From: Octopus sinensis
Lineage: Eukaryota
NCBI RefSeq assembly: GCF_006345805.1
Contig: NC_043005.1
Span: 108,438,001-108,502,000, forward strand
Length of the DNA: 64,000 nt
Reading direction: 5' to 3'
Every line of letters begins with the position of its first letter. The stretch's first letter is position 1. Of the stretch, positions 13,061 to 25,048 are shown piece after piece. The position numbers and the translations under genes were made by a program. The notes beneath the pieces are model-generated. The model did not search any database. It worked only from the letters and a program-made list of their open reading frames with translations, and was not told the DNA's origin.

Positions 13061-14620
13061 GAAAGCATGTACCAAAACACGTCACTAAAGAATATTACAG
13101 CCAAATAAAAAAGATTTGGTTTCAGAACTCTCTGAGTTCAATAAAACAGTGGCTCACAATGTGTTTGCAGTGTCAGTACTCATACGAACATTTGGGCTGC
13201 TTGACTAAATGCTTGAAAAGATCCAAGCCATTGGTCTTAAAATCCGATAAATACTAACAAGCACACATAATTTCCACATAAACTGTTACATAGCCCGCCT
13301 CAGCCTAAAACGAAAACAAGGCAGCAGAGGCTTAACATCAATCAAAAATGTCTTTGAATGTCGTATCATATCCCTTCAGTAACATCTTTTAATCACGAAG
13401 TGTCGAAGTTCATCCCTTGACCAAGTTTGCATAACATCATAAAAATTGGAAGGCAGCTCCTGGAGCAAAATTCCTTGTTTGATAACCTAGAATACATGCC
13501 CAAAGAAGTTGCAGAACTCTACCACAATGTATCATAAGATAAAAGGATGATCCTATATGGGCAGAAGACTATGCATGGATATGTTAGTAGAAAGCTCTGA
13601 GATGATAGTAACATTGATCATCAAAGCAGTCATATTACTACCTCCCTCTTAGAAGGATACGCATTTGCAATCCAGGAACAGGAAATATCAACCAAATACT
13701 TGATGCACAAACGGGATAGAAATGCAGGAAAATCTGTAAAATGTGACAACTGATGCAGATTTTGTGGAGCTAACACCAAACATATCACCCACATCATAAG
13801 CAGTTGTCCAAAAGTGTCATCATGGTACTATCTACTGATGAGACATGATAGTGTAACTAAGACATTCTATAATGAAATCCATCAGAAGGATAAACCCGAG
13901 AACAAACAAATAAGACCCCACAGTATGGTAGAAGGCAGCCATTCATAATAAAAAGGAGAACTGGTGGAATGTTCCAGTGAAGATCTCAATAAAATAAAAG
14001 CACAACAGACCTGATATAAGGATTTGGGATAGAGAAGAGAAACTGCTTACAGTTGTGGAAATAAGCTGCTCAGCTATAAAACTGAAGATCAGTGAAAAAG
14101 AGAATACTTATGCTGAACTATTGAGAAATCTGCAGTTGCTCAATCCAGATTACAAGTTCAGGTTTAAACCTGTAATTATTGGGTCCCTGGGCTATATAGC
14201 ACACTGCCTAAATGCCAATCTTGATAAACTAGGCTTCTCAAAACACGAAAGGAGAAAGCTAATTTGAAGACTACTGATCCAGTCCATCACTGGAACTATA
14301 AAAATCTGTAAAACTTTCCAGAAGTTTATTGCTTAAATATATTTGAGCATATCTAGATATGCAAATATATGCATGAGAATACATACATAAAACAAAACAT
14401 TCAAATCTGCACATGTACTCACATACATGTATACATACATACATACATACATACATACATACATACATACATACATACATACATACATACATACATACAT
14501 ACAAACAAACACACAAACAAACATATATACCTACAAACAAAAATACCCTGTTATTGATGCCGAAAATTTCAATTTTTTCTCTATTGGCAAGAAATCATCA
14601 AATAAAACTGAACAATGACA
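13061..14620 (+). mobile_element. 5'-truncated R4/Dong-clade non-LTR retrotransposon (RT C-terminus, CCHC finger, restriction-like endonuclease, 3'UTR); inactivated
   Basis: EFNKTVAHNVFAVSVLIRTFGLLD, RLSLKRKQGSRGL, EGYAFAIQEQEISTK, CRFCG..HITHIISSCP..RHD, WWNVP..HNRPDIRIWDREEK..VVEISC..KENTY, PVIIGSLG; contains stops and frameshifts. Confidence 0.88.
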
Positions 14621-15346
14621 TATATACACACATACATACATACATAGATATATGCATGCACACACACACACACACACACATACATACATACATACATACA
14701 CATACATACATAAATACATACATACACACATACATACATACACACATGCATACATCATACATACATATATACATACATACATGCATATATATACTTACAT
14801 ACATACATACATACACACACAACATACATACATAGATATATGCACACACACCACATACATACATACATACGTACATACATACATACATACATTCATCCAT
14901 CCATCCATACATACATACATACATACATATATACATACATACATACAAACAAACACACAAACAAACATATATACCTACAAACAAAAATACCCTGTTATTG
15001 ATGCCGAAAATTTCAATTTTTTCTCTATTGGCAAGAAATCATCAAATAAAACTGAACAATGACATATATACACACATACATACATACATAGATATATGCA
15101 TGCACACACACACACACACATACATACATACATACACACATACATACATAAATACATACATACACACATACATACATACACACATGCATACATTCATACA
15201 TACATATATACATACATACATGCATATATATACTTACATACATACATACATACACACACACACATACATACATAGATATATGCACACACACACACATACA
15301 TACATACATACGTACATACATACATACATACATTCATCCATCCATC

Positions 15347-15379
<33 letters not shown>

Positions 15380-15390
15380 TCATACGTACA
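14501..15390. repeat. Tandem duplication, period 444 bp (R4 3'UTR segment plus (TACA)n)
   Basis: aaataccctgttattgatgccgaaaatttc...aataaaactgaacaatgac at about 14540 and 14984; the acaaacaaac anchor is at 14501 and 14945. Confidence 0.9.
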
Positions 15391-16521
15391 TACATAGCAA
15401 TCTATTTAATGTCTAAATTATAATGAAGGAGTCTTGCTTCAGGGTTAGAACTGCTTCCTTTCTCTTTTGGTAAAAATTCAAGAAAGAAACAAAGATGGAT
15501 GCATGCATGTAGGTTCATACACACCCATATACATGTACACACTCACACACTCATACACACATATATAAGCATATAGATATTGTCACACATGTTGAAAACA
15601 TATATAGTACACATTTTTCTTTCTTTTTTAACTATGGTGGCTTTATTATCTGACTTTTTGTTTGTCATTTTTACAATAACAGAAAAACAGGATCATTTGA
15701 GTTCAATTTATCAATATAAAAACTATAATGGAGAAAAATGTCAGAAGACAAATAAATATTCATATCACTGCACAAAAAGAAAAAGAAATGAAAGAAAATA
15801 TTCCAAAGACAATATATATAATACAATATATAAAAGGTATGTATATTAAAAAGCTAAAAAAAATTATATAAATATAATTTTAATCAAAAACATTTAGTAG
15901 TCAGTATTTGTGGTTGGGAATTGTTGGAAAATTAGTTGCATAGAGGATGATAATGAAATAGTGAACAGGAAAAAAAAATATATAAAATTAAGGCAAAACA
16001 ATGTTGAAAATATATAATCACAACATAAATAACCATTTTTCAAAATCGAGTTCTTGCAGGTCTTTTGGTGGAGTGATCAGAAGAAAATGTCGTAAACATG
16101 TCCATTTTCTATTATCTCTGACTGGATAAACATAAACACAGACTCACTGTTTGCTCTGCTTCTTGCACCTTTGAATACATTTGTCTGTCTGCTTCCCAAC
16201 TACCAAGACAGTAATTTCAGCTCGAGACATTCATCCCAACCTCATCTCTTATTATTTACGTGAAATAGAAAAATAGCAAGCTGGATAACAATAATAACGA
16301 TGTTTTTGATGATTCAATCCAGATTAAATTTGTTTGAGTGCCAATCCAATGATCAACAGTGATTCAGTAGAACCAGGAATTTCCCATCTATTATTCTGAC
16401 ATTGTGAAAACATCGTTCAATAGTCTTGATTTCTAACATAGAAAGATGAACATAAGTTTCTAGGAAAGGCGGCAGTCCCATTAAATAGAACCCTAGAATG
16501 TCAGTGGTATATATCTATTAA

Positions 16522-17371
16522 CCCCTTAATGGATTATCCCGAATTTACTTGTGCATTGCAAACGTATCTTTTTAGAACCAGACGAGTATACTCGGTGAAA
16601 ATTAACTTTTAATTTTAGTACTCAAATGAGTTTATTTGTTTTGTGTTGTTTCATTTTTGAGCAATCACGAATTTACCCGCATTGTTTAAAAAAAAAAGAG
16701 TATTTTTTCATTGAAGGATTTGGCTATCTGGAATGCTTATGTTTTGTATAAAGCAGCTTTGGAAACTTCAGCTTCTGCTATGAAACATCTGAAATTTAGA
16801 ATGCAAATAATCACCAAGATTATTGAAAAATATAGGCCCTTATTGCCTCCCATGAAACCAGGAAGACCGTCATCGATCGCACATGCAACAAGATTTGCCC
16901 CAGTTGGTCACTTGCCCATGGAAATACCACCAAATGATAAGAAAATGAACCCTACAAGACAGTGTGCAAAATGCGCAGAGAAGAGAGATGCTAAAGAAAA
17001 GAAGATTTGAAGAGAAAGCAGATACGTGTGTGATGTCTGCAAGATAATTTTGTGTGTAAATCCTTGTTTTAAAAATTATCATTCTAAATAAACTGTCCAT
17101 CTCATTTAAAAAAAAATTTCCTTTGATTTAAAAGTAATATATCTTATAAAAAATCGAAGATAGTTAATTTATATGTATTTTTACAATGTCCAAGTTAACT
17201 CGTTTAAATCCAAATGAGTAAAAGTACATTTTAATTTCTATAATAAAAAATAAAGGAAACAAGATAAAAAAACTTTTCTGTAATTAACACAGTGTATATA
17301 ATTAAAAAAGGAAATAAAAAAATATGCTCTGAAATGAAACGCCATGTCAAAATAATTATTCCATTAAGGGG
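16522..17371 (+). mobile_element. Internally deleted piggyBac element with transposase C-terminal remnant
   Basis: TTAA TSDs at 16518-16521 and 17372-17375; TIR CCCCTTAATGGA/TCCATTAAGGGG; DLAIWNAYVLYK..HLKFRMQII..GRP..HLP..TRQCAKC..ESRYVCDVCKIILCVNPCFKNYH (cysteine-rich domain). Confidence 0.93.
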
Positions 17372-17506
17372 TTAAATTTAAAATGAAACAATCCTTATCA
17401 TCATAATTTCACATCCACTTCACCATACTTCAGAAATTTTTGAAGAAGACTTTCTACAGTTGGATACCTTTCCTGTTGCTAACATATAAACATATAAGGT
17501 GGTGAG

Positions 17507-17696
17507 CTGGTAGGATTGTTAACACTCAGGGCTAAATGCTTAGTAGCATTTCAACTGTCTTTACGTTCTGAGTCAACTCTGCCTTTCATCCTTTCAAGCT
17601 CGATAAAAAGAGTACCAGTTGAATACTGGGGTCAGTGTAAATGACTTAATCCCTTCCCTGAACTTATTGCCCTTATGCCAAAATTTGAAACCAATA
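17507..17696 (+). mobile_element. SINE family B (alternative tail)
   Basis: ggtgagctgg head, ctttcatcctttc core, tail ccaaaatttgaaaccaata. Confidence 0.75.
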
Positions 17697-17718
17697 CATA
17701 TATATTACATATATATGT

Positions 17719-17874
17719 GGAGTGGCTGTGTGGTAAGTAGCTTGTTTACCAACCACATGGTTCCGGGTTCAGTCCCACTGCGTGGCATCTTGGGCAAGGG
17801 TCTTCTGCTATAGCCCCGGGCTGACCAATGCCTTGTGAGTGGATTAGGTAGACGGAAACTAAAAGAAGCCTGTC

Positions 17875-17936
<62 letters not shown>

Positions 17937-18127
17937 CTCTGTGTTTGTCCCCCTAGCATTGGTTGACAACCGATGCTGGTGTGTTTACGTCCCCATCATT
18001 TAGTGGTTCGGCAAAAGAGACCGATAGAATAAGTACTGGGCTTACAAAGAATAAGTCCCGGGGTCGATTTGCTCGACTAAAGGCGGTGCTGCGGCATGGC
18101 CGCAGTCAAATGACTGAAACAAGTATA
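17719..18127 (+). mobile_element. SINE family A, full length
   Basis: tRNA-like head (A-box TGGCTGTGTGG, B-box GGTTCAGTCC), internal (TA)n(TG)n, 3' hairpin CAGTC-AAAT-GACTG. Confidence 0.92.
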
Positions 18128-18187
18128 AGATATATATATACATGTAAAGCACATATTTCATGTCATAACAGGGCATACTTAAAACCT

Positions 18188-18404
18188 ATGCACACACAAA
18201 TATATAGACCACTCATGTATATTTGACAGTTACTTACATGTAATAATATGTGTTGAAACTCACTAAAACAACACAAGTGGTTGCGGTACCATCAAGGTCT
18301 GCCACTAATTAAGAAGTTTTCTATGATCTTCCCTCCCTCCTCCCCTTCCCACTTTGATAAAAGAACTTTCTTCGTTAATTCACACATCTCTAATCTCAGC
18401 TTAA
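18188..18404 (-). repeat. Right arm of inverted duplication (partner 9505-9721)
   Basis: Direct alignment. Confidence 0.95.
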
Positions 18405-18411
18405 AACTTAC

Positions 18412-18479
18412 AAATATATTTGTTTCTAACAGAAAACTTTGAAGATGAATGTCCAGCAGCATTAAAAAACTTGAACATT
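18412..18479 (-). other. Candidate 68-nt exon (alternative donor at 18238)
   Basis: Acceptor tttctttttcttttttttttag; donors TTT|gtaagt and CAT|gtaagt; no recognisable peptide. Confidence 0.2.
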
Positions 18480-18514
18480 CTAAAAAAAAAAAGAAAAAGA
18501 AATGCAGTAATATA

Positions 18515-18930
18515 GGCATAGGAGTGGCTGTGTGGTAAGTAGCTTGCTTACCAACCACATGGTTCCGGGTTCAGTCCCACTGCGTGGCATCTTGGGCAAG
18601 TGTCTTCTGCTATAGCCCCGGGCCGACCAAAGCCTTGTGAGTGGATTTGGTAGACGGAAACTGAAAGAAGCCCGTCGTATATATGTATATATATATGTGT
18701 GTGTGTGTGTTTGTGTGTCTGTGTTTGTCCCCCTAGCATTGCTTCACAACCAATGCTGGTATGTGTTTACGTCCCCGTCACTTAGCGGTTCGGCAAAAAG
18801 AGACCGAGAGAGTAAGTACTGGGCTTACAAAGAATAAGTCCCGGGGTCGATTTGCTCGACTAAAGGTGGTGCTGCAGCATGGCCGCAGTCAAATGACAGA
18901 AACAAGTAAAATAGTAAAGAGTAAGAGTAA
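18515..18930 (+). mobile_element. SINE family A, full length
   Basis: As 17719; (AAGAGT)n-like tail. Confidence 0.93.
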
Positions 18931-19101
18931 TATTATCGAATGGGACTAAAAGACTTCTTGAAGTAAACAATATCCCACCCAAGCAACCAGTCACTAATAA
19001 CATCAGATTCTATGAAATTCATTGGAAGCGTTGGAAAACTGCTTTATCTCTGAGGAGTGAGCTATTTTGTGACTTATGGATAACCAACTGATTATACATA
19101 C

Positions 19102-19305
19102 ACTCTTTTACTCTTTTACTTGTTTCAGTCATTTGACTGCGGCCATGCTGGAGCACCGCCTTTAGTCGAGCAAATCGACCCCAGGACTTATTCTTTGTAA
19201 GCCCAGTACTTATTCTATCGGTCTCTTTTTTGCCGAACCGCTAAGTGACGGGGACGTAAACACACCAGCATCGGTTGTCAAGCAATGCTAGGGGGACAAA
19301 CACAG

Positions 19306-19367
<62 letters not shown>

Positions 19368-19530
19368 GACAGGCTTCTTTCAGTTTCCGTCTACCAAATC
19401 CTCTCACAAGGCATTGGTCTGCCCGGGGCTATAGCAGAAGACACTTGCCCAAGATGCCATGCAATGGGACTGAACCCGGAACCATGTGGTTGGTTAGCGA
19501 GCTACTTACCACACAGCCACTCCTGCACCT
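19102..19530 (-). mobile_element. SINE family A, full length
   Basis: As 17719, reverse strand. Confidence 0.93.
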
Positions 19531-19554
19531 ATAGATATATATATATATATATTG

Positions 19555-19870
19555 GAACTCCATCACTTACGAGGACAAAGGTTCCAGTTCATCTGATCAA
19601 CAGAACAGCTTGCTTGTGAGATTGACGTGCAAGTGGCTAAGCAGCACACCACAGACATGTGTACCCACTTCACATACTTCTCAGGGAGATTCAGCATGAC
19701 ACAGAGTGTGACAAGGCTGGCCCCTTGAAATACAGGTACAACTCATTTTTGCCAGCTGAGTGGACTGGAGCAACATGAAATAAAGTGTCTTGCTCAAGTA
19801 CACAACATACTGCCAGGAACTGGACTTGTGACCCTACAATAGTAAGCCAAATACAATAGTAAGCCATGTG
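19555..19870 (-). mobile_element. tRNA-derived SINE family D
   Basis: Minus strand TTGAGCAAGACACTTTATTTCA...CAGTCCACTCAGCTGGCAAAAATGAGT, a typical metazoan SINE central motif; partial relative at about 44330-44490. Confidence 0.7.
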
Positions 19871-20559
19871 CCTTCATTATATATATATATACTATGTATA
19901 AAAGCCAAAAAGAAAAATCTTCACAAACTCTTATTCAGAGTTTCACATGACAATTCATGAGTTTGAAAAGACATAAAGAATATCTTAGAATTAATAAGAA
20001 TTTTATTGTACTTTAAAATATAGAATTACACTTTACTAGTTTCACACTAAACTTTCAAAAGTGTATTGTATATAAAACTGTGTTGTGAATTATGTCTATT
20101 CTGGCTGCTGTTATAAGAATCGTTTGTCCTTCAAGTGGCTCAGAATGCTCTCTGTTAATGTTCCAATTGATTGGTCAACGTTCATGTAGTAAGCTCATGT
20201 CAGTTATTTGAGAAGTTTACACATGAAAGCTTTTCTCCATTGAATATGTTATATGACAGTTAAAGAAGAGAGATATGAATAAGTGATATGATAATTGTTT
20301 ACATAAAATTGTTATAAATAACTATTGGTTATCATTCTATCAAAAAATGTTATCAATTAGTACTTGTTCCCTCCCATTCAACATGTTAAAACATATACCT
20401 TCATAGTTAATAAGCTGTGAGGTATGTAGGATAACGAGGTGTGGAGTAAATAAGACAGATGATAGCTGCTACCTGAATTTTGGTTTTCTTAAGTATGAGT
20501 TCAAATAAATATTCTACAATAATTAATTCACAGGGAAAGGATTTCATGATTTACTGATG

Positions 20560-21170
20560 TTTTTATAGTCTCTTCAGCAGTGGCTTGTATTTTTTAATAA
20601 ATGGAGTTTTCTTATTAATTTTGTTTGGTCTCAAGTAGTGTCTTCACATCGATTGAATAGGAAAATAATAATTTTAGGAAATTTCCTTTTCATGAATGTG
20701 TCCAGATAAGTGGAATTTGTCTAGTTTTGGGACGAGGTATTTGTTGACGATGAATATTTATTCCCTGCATCTATTGCATTTGATGGCTTACATTAAATTT
20801 TGTGAAAAAAAAAGTAAAATGGTTTTTCACAGTAATAACTCATCCTGATTCAAATTTATAAGTTGTGCTCTCAATAAGATTCTCACAAGTTCCACAATTT
20901 GGTCAACTACGCTTTAACTTGGAGTTGAGTATGTAGTTGTATTTTCTTGTTGGTAAGCAGTTTTTGTAGGGACTTTGGTTGCCTTTTGCATTTGATTATT
21001 TTGTAGGATTCAAGTGCCTTTCTAAGGGCTTGCCTCAATAAAAGTGTGTTATGATGGATAATGCTTAATGCTTCTAAATTTCTTGGATTGTATGTTGTAA
21101 TTAAAGATAGAGTTTTGGGTATATCTGAACTGTTTTTGGATTTTTGTAATTCTTCAATGACATTATATAT
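20560..21170 (-). pseudogene. PLE remnant: linker plus GIY-YIG endonuclease
   Basis: LITTYNPRN..KRQPKSLQKLLT (ORF 20907-21227), then degenerate IKCNRC.., IPLSGH, FIKKYKPLL. Confidence 0.75.
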
Positions 21171-21171
21171 A

Positions 21172-21345
21172 TTATATAAAATCCGTTCTGTCTGTGTGTG
21201 TGTTCTAGGATCTCGTGCACCCTCCATCCAATTGCGCTCAAAATTGATATGTAGATACCAACGGTATCAGGGCGTGTATAAGTCTTGAAAAAAATTACAA
21301 AAATCGATTCCAGTGAGAATGCGATCGATACAGATGAATAAAGCC
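21172..21345 (+). mobile_element. Possible non-autonomous Helitron/Helentron-type 5' fragment
   Basis: tatataaaatccgttctgtctgtgtgtg..gatctc..aaaattgatatgtag layout resembles the 5' end of 47157-47512; no 3' end seen. Confidence 0.35.
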
Positions 21346-21611
21346 GAATAAAGCTGATAAAGCCAAATAAAATAGTTTTTCTTTGGAATAGAAAAAAGTC
21401 TATCGTTATTTATTCTTTTGCTGGTATCTCAAATTTAGATTAAATCAGTGTTTCTCAATCGGGAGGCCTATAGGACGGTCGGACAAGTTGCTTTGAGAAA
21501 ATTTGGTTTTGCTGTTTGACAACTAAGCACTGTCCACTGGACGGGGGGCGTTTTGCTCGTATATATATATTTCTTTTGTTCCCAAGCAAGTTAATATTTC
21601 ACTGCATATAT

Positions 21612-21642
<31 letters not shown>

Positions 21643-22369
21643 TTACACACAGATATTTTTTTTATCTTTCAGTGGTTGAGGGTTGGGAACTGGAAGTGCA
21701 TCTGGCCATAGAAAATCTTCCTCAATAAATTTCGAATGAGTCCATGACTCCATATAAATATAGAAAAGTGGATATTAACTGATGATGATGATGACGACAA
21801 TGATGATGATGACGACAGTGATGATGATGATAATGATAATGCAGACGTCAGTCTGATATTAGAAATGCAAGATAAGGAAAACGCAATAATTTTCTACCAA
21901 TTATAATACAGTGCACAAATAGTCATATTGAAAACAATCTGATGAATTTGCTATGGATGTGTTTGGGGAGGGAGAAAAATCTGTATTTTGCTCAGAATGT
22001 TCTACTTTCATAATATGTTGTACATAAATACACATCCACCCACACTACCACACATAGATATGCATGTGTGTGTATGCATATGTGTATGCATGTGTGTATA
22101 TGCATGTGTGTATGTTATGTGTGTGTATTGAATATACTTATATATAAATATACTGCAGTTTGGAAATATCTCACAAACATTTTGTAGCACTTGTGTGCCA
22201 CTGAGGGCTGAAGCTATTGAAGGAGAGATCAGTTTCTTCAGCAATCTAGAGCGGAGTTCATCTGAATACTGCACAATATGCTAGAACCTTGGAAAGAAAT
22301 TATTTTCAGGGGTGTAGAATGGGCAAGAACTTGATAGTTGCACTGGATATCTCTGACAGTCTGATATTT

Positions 22370-22597
22370 TAGTGCTTTAGTGTTCACATTATTCTGCCAA
22401 AGTTAATGCCTTTTCATCCACATTGTTTGGAACTAATCATGCATTATCTTGTAGCTATGAGATTTTGATGAGGTAGCTGTTAATTTTTAAAATGATATTG
22501 TAGGGTTGGTGTGAGAGACCAGATCTGGCCAGTTTGTACATAAAACAGGCAAAATACTTTTGGCCGGATATGGCTGGTTTAAATGCTAAAGGGTTAA
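22370..22597. mobile_element. Degenerate piggyBac-type MITE
   Basis: Right end aaatgctaaaggg-TTAA; left end decayed (ctttagtgttcac). Confidence 0.5.
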
Positions 22598-22744
22598 GTT
22601 TAAATCACTTGAACTCCTGATCAGAGTTTTTTTTACTTATTCATTATATATTTGTTTTATCCTTTAATAAACAATTGACTAAATTTTTTGTTTGTTGAAA
22701 ATGAATTTATTCTATTTTTTTCTTTCATAAATGCTCCCTACAGA

Positions 22745-23045
22745 CATGGCTGGGTGTTAAGAAGTTTGCCTCCCAGCCACATGGTTCCAGGTTCAATCCC
22801 ACTTTGTGATACTTTACACCAGCCAAAGTTCTCTTAATGGATTTGGTAGATGAAAACTATAAGAAGCCTGCTGCATATATATATAAGTGTGTAGCTGCAT
22901 GTGTGTGCATATATATGTATATATCTGTGTGTATGTCTTTGTGTTTGTGCTTGTCCCCAACTATTACTTTAGAACCAGTTATACCTTGTTTACATCACAG
23001 AACTTAGTGGTTTAGCAAAAGAAATCAAGAGAATAATTATCAGGC
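22745..23045 (+). mobile_element. Degenerate SINE family A
   Basis: Head, microsatellite and body motifs recognisable; truncated by the next element. Confidence 0.75.
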
Positions 23046-23046
23046 C

Positions 23047-23263
23047 ACATTATTTACATTTGACAGATATTTGTCCTCATCTTGTTTGTTGTTAACACAA
23101 CGTTTCATCTGATATACTCTCCAGCCTTCATCAGGTATCTTGGGGAAATTTCGAACCTGGATTCTCATTCCTAAGGTATTTTTCAATGTTGTTGTTATTA
23201 TTATCATTATTATTATTCAGGTCACTGCCTGAAATCGAACTCAAAATCTTGGGGTTTGTAGCT
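23047..23263 (-). mobile_element. Solo PLE terminal repeat (family P1) with 5'-truncated tRNA-like head and hammerhead
   Basis: Homologous to 41890-42115: gctacaaaccccaagattttgagttcgatttc..(AAT)n..gatac-CTGATGA-aggctg... Confidence 0.85.
23094..23139 (-). ncRNA. Minimal type I hammerhead ribozyme motif
   Basis: Stem I GATAC/GTGTT, core CTGATGA, stem II GGCTG/CAGAT (decayed), GAAAC, GTT; palindromic AACGTT. Confidence 0.7.
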
Positions 23264-23699
23264 ATCAGCTGCAATTGTAAGTTATTAGCTGTAGATTTTC
23301 ATCCGTATCACTATCAAAATCTTCATTATGATCATCCTTGTCTCCACCAGTATCATAAACATCATCATCATAGTGATGTTGTCATCATCTTTGTCATCAC
23401 CATGGTCATCGTAATTGTTGTGATTCTCTTCCTCCTCCTCCTCAACTCCACCCCACCCTGCCTCCTCCTCACCTCTTCCTCCCCTCATCCTCCTCATTCT
23501 CATCATCATCATAATCAACATCATTATTGTCATCATTATCAATGTTTAAAGCCTTTTTTTTTTTTACTCTTGTACAAACTGAAATGTTTGCCACCATCAT
23601 TTGATTTTTATAAGAAAAGCAAGAACAGATATCCTGAAAGATTAATTTGATTTAATTTATTTCCCTTATTTCAACATCGCTAAATCATAACAACCGATA

Positions 23700-24390
23700 T
23701 CATCATCATCATTTATCATCTGTTTTCCATGCTAGCATGGGTTGAACAGTTTGACTGAGGACTGGCAAGCCAGTAGGCTGCATCAGGCTCCAATCTGATC
23801 TGGCAAGGTTTCTTCAGCTGGATGCCCTTCCTAATGCCAAAAACTCTGAGAGTATAGTGGGTGCTTTTTACATGACACCAGCATGGGAACCAATGAGGCA
23901 GCACTGGCATCGACCACCTTTGGATGGTGCCTTTTATGTGCTACAGGCACAGGATCCAGTTAGGCAGCACTGGCATTGACTACGTTTGGATGGTGTTTTT
24001 TACCTGCCACTGGCACAGGAGCCAATCAGGTGGAACTGGCATGAACCATGTTTGGATGGTGCTTTTACGTGCTACTAGCATGGGAGCCAGTCAGGTGTCA
24101 CTAGCATCAACCACATTCAGATAGTGCTGTTTATGTGCCACCGGATGAGAGCCGGTTAGGTGATACTGGCATCAACCACAGTTGGTTGGTGCTTTTAAAG
24201 TGCCACCGGCACAGGAGCCAGTCAGGTGGTGTGGGCACCAACCCACACTTGAATGGTGCTTATTACATGCCACCAGCATGGGTGCCAGTCAGGCACCATG
24301 ACTACGATTTCATTTGACTCAACAGGTCTTCTCAAGCACAGCACATCGCCTAACAATTCAAGGGTACTTTTAAAAGGGCTGGTTATGCAA
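23700..24390 (-). mobile_element. SINE-like family C with internal 65-67-bp minisatellite (about 6.5 units)
   Basis: Units start near 23863, 23930, 23996, 24061, 24126, 24191 and 24258. Confidence 0.85.
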
Positions 24391-24943
24391 CACTAGCATT
24401 GGCCATGGAAGTTCCCAAGTTTTCAAAGGAATTTATAAAACACATCGGTCATTAGTGGCCAGTGCTAACTCATAATTTGCTATAGACAAAAGTATTTTAA
24501 TTTTAGTATGTTTTGTAGTAAATTATTAGAGTTAGTTCATAGTTGAGTGCAACGCATTTAGTGATGTTTTTTTTTTTTGATTTGCCTCTAGGTTTTTGGT
24601 TTTATCAGTATTGGATTGATATAATACACATTATGGCTGGTTCATATTTTTAATAGTTATAGCATCTGACGTGTTTGTTGTGTTGTATTCATGTTTCTAT
24701 TGTTCTATTGTTCTTTGGCTTGGTCAGTTAGTTTGTTCACTGTAATTGTTATCCTTTTAAAATGAAATTTAACTATACTTCCCATATTGAGTTCATTGTT
24801 TTGCTAACGCCTCTTGTTTGAATTTTCAATAAAAAAGCATATTAATATATATCTGTATTTGTAAGTTACTATATATAAATGCAAGTGTGTGTATACATGT
24901 CAGTATATATATATATATATATATGCATTTACATATATATATA

Positions 24944-25048
<105 letters not shown>

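Noticed and set aside
21446-21506. CAGTGTTTCTCAA hAT-like terminus
   Set aside because: The partner end is too degenerate and there is no TSD.
23860-24300. CRISPR-like periodic array (also 36420-36780)
   Set aside because: Whole units are homologous with no unique spacers, it lies inside a eukaryotic interspersed repeat, and there are no cas genes.
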